A stretch of DNA of 64,000 bases. Origin: the human T2T-CHM13v2.0 reference genome, Homo sapiens. Below, piece after piece: positions 26,590 to 39,264 of the stretch. The notes below the pieces were generated by a model that was given only the letters and a program-made list of their open reading frames with translations, was not told the origin of the DNA and ran no database searches. The stretch is taken from the NCBI RefSeq assembly GCF_009914755.1, contig NC_060939.1; one strand, written 5' to 3'. Both the position numbers and the translations under genes were made by a program. Position 1 is the first letter of the stretch; every line of letters begins with the position of its first letter.

Positions 26590-29500
26590 GAGTCCATTCC
26601 ATTCGATGCCATTCCATTTGATTCTATTCCATTAGTCTCCATTCAATTCCATTAATCTCCATTCCATTCCATTCTACTCCAACTGATTCCATTCCATTCT
26701 ATTCCTTTCCATTCCATTTCATTCCATTCCATTCCATTTCATTCCATTCCATTCCATTCGTGTCCATTCCACTCCAGTCCATTCCATTCGTGTCCATTCC
26801 ATTCCAGTCCATTCCATTTGTGTCCCCTGCATTCCATTACACTCCATTCCATATTATTCCATTACACTCCATTCAATTCTATTACTTTCATTTCCATTCA
26901 ATTCCATTCCATTTGATTCCATTCCACTCGGTTTCATTCCATTTGAGTCCACTCCATTCCATTCCATTCCATTCCATTCAGTTCCATTCCATTCTATTCC
27001 ATTCCATTCCGTTCCATTACATTCCATTCCATTCGGTACCATTCCATATTGTTCCATTCGATTCCATTCGAATCCATTCTATTCCATTCCATTCCATTCG
27101 ATTCCATTCCATTCATTTCAATTCCATTCCATTCCATTCCATTACATTCCACTTGATTCCTCTCCATTCCCTTCCACTGCATTCCGTTCGATTCCATTCC
27201 ATTGCATTGCGTTCCATTCCATTGGATTGCATTCCATTCGATTCCATTCCATTCGAATCAATTACATAGCAATCCATTACATTCGAGTCTATTCTATTCC
27301 GTTCCATTCGATTTCGTTCCAATCCATTCGATTCCATTCCATTCGATTCCATTCCATACTATTGCATTCCATTCGATTACATTATATTCGAATAAGTTCC
27401 ATTCAAGACCATTTCTTTTGAGTCCATTCTATTTGAGTCCATTCCCTTTGATTCCATAACATTTGAGTCCATTCAATTCCATTCCTTTCGTTTCCATTCC
27501 ATTTGATGCCATTCCATTCAATTCTGTTCTACTCGACTCCAATACATTCAATTCCATTCCATCCGATTCCATTACATTCTTTTCATTTCTTATCCATTTC
27601 AAGCCATTCCACTCCATTCCATTCCACTCGTTTCCTTTCCATTCGAGTCCATTCCTCTCCAGTCCATTCCGTTCAATCCATTCCATTCCAGTCCATTCCA
27701 TTCGAGTCCGTTCCATTCCAGTCCATTCCATTCGAGTCAATTCCATCCCATTCGATGTCTTTCCATAACGATCCATTCCATTCTATTCCTTTCGATTCCA
27801 TTCCATTCTATTTCATTCCATTCGATTCCCTTCCATTGGACTCCTTTCCATTCGAGTGCATTCCATTCCGTTCCATTTCTTTCCGTTCTGTACGATTCCT
27901 ACCGTTCGATTTCATTTTGTTCCAGTCCATTCCTTTCGCGTCCATTCCATTCCATTTCACTCCATTCGATTCCATTCCACTCGATTCCACTTCGTTCCAT
28001 TTCATTGCATTCCATTCTATTCAACTCTATTGCCTTCCATTCCATTCCATTCGATTACATTCCATGCGATTCCATTCGAAATCGAATCAATTACATTGCA
28101 ATCCATTACTATTGAGTCCGTTTTATTCCAGTCCACTGCATTCTGGTCCATTCCATTTGATTCCATTCCATTCTATTCCATTCCATACAGTTGCATTCCA
28201 TTGGATTCCATGCTATATCTATAAATTCAATTCGAGACCATTGCTTTTGAGTCCATTCTATATGATTCCATTCCATTCAAGTCCATTACATTTGGTTCAA
28301 TTCCATTCCATTCCCTTCCCTTCCATTCCATTCCATTTGATATCAATCCATTCGATTCCATTCCATTCGAGCACATTCCATTCGAGTCCATTCCATTCGA
28401 TGCCATTCCATTTGATTCTATTCCATTAGTCTCCATTCAATTCCATTAATCTCCATTCCATTCCATTCTACTCCAACTGATTCCATTCCATTCTATTCCT
28501 TTCCATTCCATTTCATTCCATTCCATTCCATTTCATTCCATTCCATTCCATTCGTGTCCATTCCACTCCAGTCCATTCCATTCGTGTCCATTCCATTCCA
28601 GTCCATTCCATTTGTGTCCACTGCATTCCATTCCACTCCATTCCATATTATTCCATTACACTCCATTCCATTCTATTACTTTCATTTCCATTCAATTCCA
28701 TTCCATTTGATTCCATTCCACTCGGTTTCATTCCATTTGAGTCCACTCCATTCTATTCCATTCCATTCCATTCAGTTCCATTCCATTCTGTTCCATTCCA
28801 TTCCGTTCCATTACATTCCATTCCATTCGGTACCATTCCATATTGTTCCATTCGATTCCATTCGAATCCATTCCATTCCAGTCCATTCCATTCGATTCCA
28901 TTCCATTCATTTCAATTCCATTCCATTCCATTCCATTACATTCCACTTGATTCCTCTCCATTCCCTTCCACTGCATTCCGTTCGATTCCATTCCATTGCA
29001 TTGCATTCCATTCCATTGGATTGCATTCCATTCGATTCCATTCCATTCGAATCAATTACATAGCAATCCATTACATTCGAGTCTATTCTATTCCGTTCCA
29101 TTCGATTTCGTTCCAATCCATTCGATTCCATTCCATTCGATTCCATTCCATACTATTGCATTCCATTCGATTACATTATATTCGAATAAGTTCCATTCAA
29201 GACCATTTCTTTTGAGTCCATTCTATTTGAGTCCATTCCCTTTGATTCCATAACATTTGAGTCCATTCAATTCCATTCCTTTCGTTTGCATTCCATTTGA
29301 TGCCATTCCATTCAATTCTGTTCTACTCGACTCCAATACATTCAATTCCATTCCATCCGATTCCATTACATTCTTTTCATTTCTTATCCATTTCAAGCCA
29401 TTCCACTCCATTCCATTCCACTCGTTTCCTTTCCATTCGAGTCCATTCCTCTCCAGTCCATTCCGTTCAATCCATTCCATTCCAGTCCATTCCATTCGAG

Positions 29501-32500
29501 TCCGTTCCATTCCAGTCCATTCCATTCGAGTCAATTCCATTCCATTCGATGTCTTTCCATAACGATCCATTCCATTCTATTCCTTTCGATTCCATTCCAT
29601 TCTATTTCATTCCATTCGATTCCCTTCCATTGGACTCCTTTCCATTCGAGTGCATTCCATTCCGTTCCATTTCTTTCCGTTCTGTACGATTCCTACCGTT
29701 CGATTTCATTTTGTTCCAGTCCATTCCTTTCGCGTCCATTCCATTCCATTTCACTCCATTCGATTCCATTCCACTCGATTCCACTTCGTTCCATTTCATT
29801 GCATTCCATTCTATTCAACTCTATTGCCTTCCATTCCATTCCATTCGATTACATTCCATGCGATTCCATTCGAAATCGAATCAATTACATTGCAATCCAT
29901 TACTATTGAGTCCATTTTATTCCAGTCCACTGCATTCTGGTCCATTCCATTTGATTCCATTCCATTCTATTCCATTCCATACAGTTGCATTCCATTGGAT
30001 TCCATTCTATATCTATAAATTCAATTGGAGACCATTGCTTTTGAGTCCATTCTATATGATTCCATTCCATTCAAGTCCATTACATTTGGTTCAATTCCAT
30101 TCCATTCCATTCTCTTCCATTCCATTCCAGTTGATATCAATCCATTCGATTCCATTCCATTCGAGCACATTCCATTCGAGTGCATTCCATTCGATGCCAT
30201 TCCATTTGATTCTATTCCATTAGTCTCCATTCAATTCCATTAATCTCCATTCCATTCCATTCTACTCCAACTGATTCCATTCCATTCTATTCCTTTCCAT
30301 TCCATTTCACTCCATTCCATTCCATTTCATTCCATTCCATTCCATTCGCTTCCATTCCATTCGTGTCCATTCCACTCCAGTCCATTCCATTCGTGTCCAT
30401 TCCATTCCAGTCCATTCCATTTGTGTCCACTGCATTCCATTCCACTCCATTCCATATTATTCCATTACACTCCATTCCATTCTATTACTTTCATTTCCAT
30501 TCAATTCCATTCCATTTGATTCCATTCCACTCGGTTTCATTCCATTTGAGTCCACTCCATTCCATTCCATTCCATTCCATTCAGTTCCATTCCATTCTGT
30601 TCCATTCCATTCCGTTCCATTGCATTCCATTCCATTCGGTACCATTCCATATTGTTCCATTCGATTCCATTCGAATCCATTCCATTCCAGTCCATTCCAT
30701 TCGATTCCATTCCATTCCTTTCAATTCCATTCCATTCCATTCCATTCCACTTGATTCCACTCCATTCCCTTCCACTGCATTCCATTCGATTCCATTCCAT
30801 TGCATTGCATTCCATTCCATTGGACTGCATTCCATTCGATTCCATTCCATTCGAATCAATTACATAGCAATCCATTACATTCGAGTCTATTCTATTCCGT
30901 TCCATTCGATTTCGTTCCAATCCACTCGATTCCATTCCATTCGATTCCATTCCATACTATTGCATTCCATTCTATTACATTATATTCGAATAAGTTCCAT
31001 TCAAGACCATTTCTTTTGAGTCCATTCTATTTGAGTCCATTCCCTTTGATTCCATAACATTTGAGTCCATTCAATTCCATTCCTTTCGTTTCCATTCCAT
31101 TTGATGCCATTCCGTTCAATTCTGTTCTACTCGACTCCAATACATTCAATTCCATTCCATCCGATTCCATTACATTCTTTTCATTTCTTATCCATTTCAA
31201 GCCATTCCACTCCATTCCATTCCACTCGTTTCCTTTCCATTCGAGTCCATTCCTCTCCAGTCCATTCCGTTCAATCCATTCCATTCCAGTCCATTCCATT
31301 CGAGTCCGTTCCATTCCAGTCCATTCCATTCGAGTCAATTCCATCCCATTCGATGTCTTTCCATAACGATCCATTCCATTCTATACCTTTCGATTCCATT
31401 CCATTCTATTTCATTCCATTCGATTCCCTTCCATTGGACTCCTTTCCATTCGAGTGCATTCCATTCCGTTCCATTTTTTCCGTTCTGTACGATTCCTACC
31501 GTTCGATTTCATTTTGTTCCAGTCCATTCCTTTCGCGTCCATTCCATTCCATTTCACTCCATTCGATTCCATTCCACTCGATTCCACTTCGTTCCATTTC
31601 ATTGCATTCCATTCTATTTAACTCTATTGCCTTCCATTCCATTCCATTCGATTACATTCCATGCGATTCCATTCGAAATCGAATCAATTACATTGCAATC
31701 CATTACTATTGAGTCCGTTTTATTCCAGTCCACTGCATTCTGGTCCATTCCATTTGATTCCATTCCATTCTATTCCATTCCATACAATTGCATTCCATTG
31801 GATTCCATGCTATCTCTATAAATTCAATTCGAGACCATTGCTTTTGAGTCCATTCTATATGATTCCATTCCATTCAAGTCCATTACATTTGGTTCAATTC
31901 CATTCCATTCAATTCCCTTCCATTCCATTCCAGTTGATATCAATCCATTCGATTCCATTCCACTCGAGCACATTCCATTCGAGTCCATTCCACTCGATGC
32001 CATTCCATTTGATTCTATTCCATTAGTCTCCATTCAATTCCATTAATCTCCATTCCATTCCATTCTACTCCAACTGATTCCATTCCATTCTATTCCTTTC
32101 CATTCCATTTCATTCCATTCCATTCCATTTCATTCCATTCCATTCCATTCGTGTCCATTCCACTCCAGTCCATTCCATTCGTGTCCATTCCATTCCAGTC
32201 CATTCCATTTGTGTCCACTGCATTCCATTCCACTCCATTCCATATTATTCCATTACACTCCATTCCATTCTATTACTTTCATTTCCATTCAATTCCATTC
32301 CATTTGATTCCATTCCACTCGGTTTCATTCCATTTGAGTCCACTCCATTCCATTCCATTCCATTCAGTTCCATTCCATTCTGTTCCATTCCATTCCGTTC
32401 CATTACATTCCATTCCATTCGGTACCATTCCATATTGTTCCATTCGATTCCATTCGAATCCATTCCATTCCAGTCCATTCCATTCGATTCCATTCCATTC

Positions 32501-33640
32501 ATTTCAATTCCATTCCATTCCATTCCATTACATTCCACTTGATTCCTCTCCATTCCCTTCCACTGCATTCCATTCGATTCCATTCCATTGCATTGCATTC
32601 CATTCCATTGGATTGCATTCCATTCGATTCCATTCCATTCGAATCAATTACATAGCAATCCATTACATTCGAGTCTATTCTATTCCGTTCCATTCGATTT
32701 CGTTCCAATCCATTCAATTCCATTCCATTCGATTCCATTCCATACTATTGCATTCCATTCGATTACATTATATTCGAATAAGTTCCATTCAAGACCATTT
32801 CTTTTGAGTCCATTCTATTTGAGTCCATTCCCTTTGATTCCATAACATTTGAGTCCATTCAATTCCATTCCTTTCGTTTCCATTCCATTTGATGCCATTC
32901 CATTCAATTCTGTTCTACTCGACTCCAATACATTCAATTCCATTCCATCCGATTCCATTACATTCTTTTCATTTCTTATCCATTTCAAGCCATTCCACTC
33001 CATTCCATTCCACTCGTTTCCTTTCCATTCGAGTCCATTCCTCTCCAGTCCATTCCGTTCAATCCATTCCATTCCAGTCCATTCCATTCGAGTCCGTTCC
33101 ATTCCAGTCCATTCCATTCGAGTCAATTCCATCCCATTCGATGTCTTTCCATAACGATCCATTCCATTCTATTCCTTTCGATTCCATTCCATTCTATTTC
33201 ATTCCATTCGATTCCCTTCCATTGGACTCCTTTCCATTCGAGTGCATTCCATTCCGTTCCATTTCTTTCCGTTCTGTACGATTCCTACCGTTCGATTTCA
33301 TTTTGTTCCAGTCCATTCCTTTCGCGTCCATTCCATTCCATTTCACTCCATTCGATTCCATTCCACTCGATTCCACTTCGTTCCATTTCATTGCATTCCA
33401 TTCTATTCAACTCTATTGCCTTCCATTCCATTCCATTCGATTACATTCCATGCGATTCCATTCGAAATCGAATCAATTACATTGCAATCCATTACTATTG
33501 AGTCCATTTTATTCCAGTCCACTGCATTCTGGTCCATTCCATTTGATTCCATTCCATTCTATTCCATTCCATACAGTTGCATTCCATTGGATTCCATTCT
33601 ATATCTATAAATTCAATTCGAGACCATTGCTTTTGAGTCC
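26590..33640 (+). repeat. ~7-kb (4-unit) block, copy 2 of the 19,688-bp-offset duplication
   Basis: Same variant series as 6900-13950. Differences noticed only at about 26996, 31539 and 31737. Confidence 0.9.
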
Positions 33641-34682
33641 ATTCTATATGATTCCATTCCATTCAAGTCCATTACATTTGGTTCAATTCCATTCCATTCC
33701 ATTCCCTTCCATTCCATTCCAGTTGATATCAATCCATTCGATTCCATTCCATTCGAGCACATTCCATTCGAGTCCATTCCATTCGATGCCGTTCCATTTG
33801 ATTCTATTCCATTAGTCTCCATTCAATTCCATTAATCTCCATTCCATTCCATTCTACTCCAAATGATTCCATTCCATTCTATTCCTTTCCATTCCATTTC
33901 ATTCCATTCCATTCCATTTCATTCCATTCCATTCCATTCGTGTCCATTCCACTCCAGTCCATTCCATTCGTGTCCATTCCATTCCAGTCCATTCCATTTG
34001 TGTCCACTGCATTCCATTCCACTCCATTCCATATTATTCCATTACACTCCATTCCATTCTCTTACTTTCATTTCCATTCAATTCCATTCCATTTGATTCC
34101 ATTCCACTCGGTTTCATTCCATTTGAGTCCACTCCATTCCATTCCATTCCATTCCATTCAGTTCTATTCCATTCTGTTCCATTCCATTCCGTTCCATTAC
34201 ATTCCATTCCATTCGGTACCATTCCATAGTGTTCCATTCGATTCCATTCGAATCCATTCCATTCCAGTCCATTCCATTCGATTCCATTCCATTCATTTCA
34301 ATTCCATTCCATTCCATTCCATTACATTCCACTTGATTCCTCTCCATTCCCTTCCACTGCATTCCGTTCGATTCCATTCCATTGCATTGCATTCCATTCC
34401 ATTGGATTGCATTCCATTCGATTCCATTCCATTCGAATCAATTACATAGCAATCCATTACATTCAAGTCTATTCTATTCCCTTCCATTCGATTTTGTTCC
34501 AATCCATTCGATTCCATTCCATTCGATTCCATTCCATACTATTGCATTCCATTCGATTACATTATATTCGAATAAGTTCCATTCAAGACCATTTCTTTTG
34601 AGTCCATTCTGTTTGAGTCCATTCCCTTTGATTCCATAACCTTTGAGTCCATTCAATTCCATTCCTTTCGTTTCCATTCCAT

Positions 34683-35776
34683 TTGATGCCATTCCATTCA
34701 ATTCTGTTCTACTCGACTCCAATGCATTCAATTCCATTCCATCCGATTCCATTACATTCTTTTCATTTCTTATCCATTTCAAGCCATTCCACTCCATTCC
34801 ATTCCACTCGTTTCCTTTCCATTCGAGTCCATTCCTCTCCAGTCCATTCCGTTCAATCCATTCCATTCCAGTCCATTCCATTCGAGTCCGTTCCATTCCA
34901 CTCCATTCCATTCGATGCCATTCCATTTGATTCTATTCCATTAGTCTCCATTCAATTCCATTAATCTCCACTCCATTCCATTCTACTCCAACTGATTCCA
35001 TTCCATTCTATTCCTTTCCATTCCATTTCATTCCATTCCATTCCATTTCATTCCATTCCATTCGTGTCCATTCCACTCCAGTCCATTCCATTTGTGTCCA
35101 CTGCATTCCATTCCACTCCATTCCATATTATTCCATTACACTCCATTCCATTCTATTACTTTCATTTCCATTCAATTCCATTCCATTTGATTCCATTCCA
35201 CTCGGTTTCATTCCATTTGAGTCCACTCCATTCCATTCCATTCCATTCCATTCAGTTCCATTCCATTCTGTTCCATTCCATTCCGTTCCATTGCATTCCA
35301 TTCCATTCGGTACCATTCCATATTGTTCCATTCGATTCCATTCGAATCCATTCCATTCCAGTCCATTCCATTCGATTCCATTCCATTCCTTTCAATTCCA
35401 TTCCATTCCATTCCATTACATTCCACTTGATTCCACTCCATTCCCTTCCACTGCATTCCGTTCGATTCCATTCCATTGCATTGCATTCCATTCCATTGGA
35501 CTGCATTCCATTCGATTCCATTCCATTCGAATCAATTACATAGCAATCCATTACATTCGAGTCTATTCTATTCCGTTCCATTCGATTTCGTTCCAATCCA
35601 TTCGATTCCATTCCATTCGATTCCATTCCATACTATTGCATTCCATTCGATTACATTATATTCGAATAAGTTCCATTCAAGACCATTTCTTTTGAGTCCA
35701 TTCTATTTGAGTCCATTCCCTTTGATTCCATAACATTTGAGTCCATTCAATTCCATTCCTTTCGTTTCCATTCCAT
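34683..35776 (+). repeat. Truncated 1,094-bp unit (665-bp internal deletion plus 30-bp and 5-bp losses)
   Basis: GAGTCCGTTCCATTCCA (34884-34900) runs directly into CTCCATTCCATTCGATGCC. GATGCC lies 231 bp from the anchor instead of 896 bp. Confidence 0.95.
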
Positions 35777-38700
35777 TTGATGCCATTCCACTCAATTCTG
35801 TTCTACTCGACTCCAATACATTCAATTCCATTCCATCCGATTCCATTACATTCTTTTCATTTCTTATCCATTTCAAGCCATTCCACTCCATTCCATTCCA
35901 CTCGTTTCCTTTCCATTCGAGTCCATTCCTCTCCAGTGCATTCCGTTCAATCCATTCCATTCCAGTCCATTCCATTCGAGTCCGTTCCATTCCAGTCCAT
36001 TCCATTCGAGTCAATTCCATTCCATTCGATGTCTTCCATAACGATCCATTCCATTCTATTCCTTTCGATTCCATTCCATTCTATTTCATTCCATTCGATT
36101 CCCTTCCATTGGACTCCTTTCCATTCGAGTGCATTCCATTCCGTTCCATTTCTTTCCGTTCTGTACGATTCTTACCGTTCGATTTCATTTTGTTCCAGTC
36201 CATTCCTTTCGCGTCCATTCCATTCCATTTCACTCCATTCGATTCCATTCCACTCGATTCCACCTCGTTCCATTTCATTGCATTCCATTCTATTCAACTC
36301 TATTGCCTTCCATTCCATTCCATTCGATTACATTCCATGCGATTCCATTCGAAATCGAATCAATTACATTGCAATCCATTACTATTGAGTCCGTTTTATT
36401 CCAGTCCACTGCATTCTGGTCCATTCCATTTGATTCCATTCCATTCTATTCCATTCCATACAGTTGCATTCCATTGGATTCCATGCTATATCTATAAATT
36501 CAATTCGAGACCATTGCTTTTGAGTCCATTCTATATGATTCCATTCCATTCAAGTCCATTACATTTGGTTCAATTCCATTCCATTCCAGTTGATATCAAT
36601 CCATTCGATTCCATTCCATTCGAGCACATTCCATTCGAGTCCATTCCATTCGATGCCATTCCATTTGATTCTATTCCATTAGTCTCCATTCAATTCCATT
36701 AATCTCCATTCCTTTCCATTCTACTCCAACTGATTCCATTCCATTCTATTCCTTTCCATTCGATTTCATTCCATTCCATTCCATTTCATTCCATTCCATT
36801 CCATTCGTGTCCATTCCACTCCAGTCCATTCCATTCGTGTCCATTCCATTCCAGTCCATTCCATTTGTGTCCACTGCATTCCATTCCACTCCATTCCATA
36901 TTATTCCATTACACTCCATTCCATTCTATTACTTTCATTTCCATTCAATTCCATTCCGTTTGATTCCATTCCACTCGGTTTCATTCCATTTGAGTCCACT
37001 CCATTCCATTCCATTCCATTCCATTCCATTCAGTTCCATTCCATTCTGTTCCATTCCATTCCGTTCCATTACATTCCATTCCATTCGGTACCATTCCATA
37101 TTGTTCCATTCGATTCCATTCGAATCCATTCCATTCCAGTCCATTCCATTCGATTCCATTCCATTCATTTAAATTCCATTCCATTCCATTCCATTACATT
37201 CCACTTGATTCCTCTCCATTCCCTTCCACTGCATTCCGTTCGATTCCATTCCATTGCATTGCATTCCATTCCATTGGATTGCATTCCATTCGATTCCATT
37301 CCATTCGAATCAATTACATAGCAATCCATTACATTCGAGTCTATTCTATTCCGTTCCATTCGATTTCGTTCCAATCCATTCGATTCCATTCCATACTATT
37401 GCATTCCATTCTATAACATTATATTCGAATAAGTTCCATTCAAGACCATTTCTTTTGAGTCCATTCTATTTGAGTCCATTCCCTTTGATTCCATAACATT
37501 TGAGTCCATTCAATTCCATTCCTTTCGTTCCCATTCCATTTGATGCCATTCCATTCAATTCTGTTCTACTCGACTCCAATACATTCAATTCCATTCCATC
37601 CGATTCCATTCCATTCTTTTCATTTCTTATCCATTTCAAGCCATTCCACTCCATTCCATTCCACTCGTTTCCTTTCCATTCGAGTCCATTCCTCTCCAGT
37701 CCATTCCGTTCAATCCATTCCATTCCAGTCCATTCCATTCGAGTCCGTTCCATTCCAGTCCACTCCATTCGAGTCAATTCCATCCCATTCGATGTCTTTC
37801 CATAACGATCCATTCCATTCTATTCCTTTCGATTCCATTCCATTCTACTTCATTCAATTCGATTCCCTTCCATTGGACTCCTTTCCATTCGAGTGCATTC
37901 CATTCCGTTCCATTTCTTACCGTTCTGTACGATTCCTACCGTTCGATATCATTTTGTTCCAGTCCATTCCTTTCGCGTCCATTCCATTCCATTTCACTCC
38001 ATTCGATTCCATTCCACTCGATTCCACTTCGTTCCATTTCATTGCATTCCATTCTATTCAACTCTATTGCCTTCCATTCCATTCCATTCGATTACATTCC
38101 ATGCGATTCCATTCGAAATCGAATCAATTACATTGCAATCCATTACTATTGAGTCCATTTTATTCCAGTCCACTGCATTCTGGTCCATTCCATTTGATTC
38201 CATTCCATTCTATTCCATTCCATACAGTTGCATTCCATTGGATTCCATTCTATATCTGTAAATTCAATTCGAGACCATTGCTTTTGAATCCATTCTATAT
38301 GATTCCATTCCATTCAAGTCCATTACATTTGGTTCAATTCCATTCCATTCCATTCCCTTCCATTCCATTCCAGTTGATATCAATCCATTCGATTCCATTC
38401 CATTCGAGCACATTCCATTTGAGTCCATTCCATTCGATGCCATTCCATTTGATTCTATTCCATTAGTCTCCATTCAATTCCATTAATCTCCATTCCATTC
38501 CATTCTACTCCAACTGATTCCATTCCATACTATTCCTTTCCATTCCATTTCATGCCATTCCATTCCATTTCATTCCATTCCATTCCATTTCATTCCATTC
38601 CATTCCATTTCATTCCATTCCATTCCATTCGCTTCCATTCCATTCGTGTCCATTCCACTCCAGTCCATTCCATTCGTGTCCATTCGATTCCAGTCCATTC

Positions 38701-39124
38701 CATTTGTGTCCACTGCATTCCATTCCACTCCATTCCATATTATTCCATTACACTCCATTCCATTCTATTACTTTCATTTCCATTCAATTCCATTCCATTT
38801 GATTCCATTCCACTCGGTTTCATTCCATTTGAGTCCACTCCATTCCATTCCATTCCATTCCATTCAGTTCCATTCCATTCCGTTCCATTGCATTCCATTC
38901 CATTTGGTACCATTCCATATTGTTCCATTCGATTCCATTCGAATCCATTCCATTCCAGTCCATTCCATTCGATTCCATTCCATTCCTTTCAATTCCATTC
39001 CATTCTATTCCATTACATTCCACTTGATTCCACTCCATTCCCTTCCACTGCATTCCATTCGATTCCGTTCCATTGCATTGCGTTCCATTCCATTGGACTG
39101 CATTCCATTCGATTCCATTCCATT

Positions 39125-39264
39125 CGAATCAATTACATAGCAATCCATTACATTCGAGTCTATTCTATTCCGTTCCATTCGATTACATTCCAATCGAATC
39201 AATTACATAGCAATCCATTACATTCGAGTCTATTCTATTCCGTTCCATTCGATTTCATTCCAAT
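39125..39264 (+). repeat. 70-bp tandem duplication inside an expanded 1,904-bp unit
   Basis: CGAATCAATTACATAGCAATCCATTACATTCGAGTCTATTCTATTCCGTTCCATTCGATT starts at both 39125 and 39195. Confidence 0.95.
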
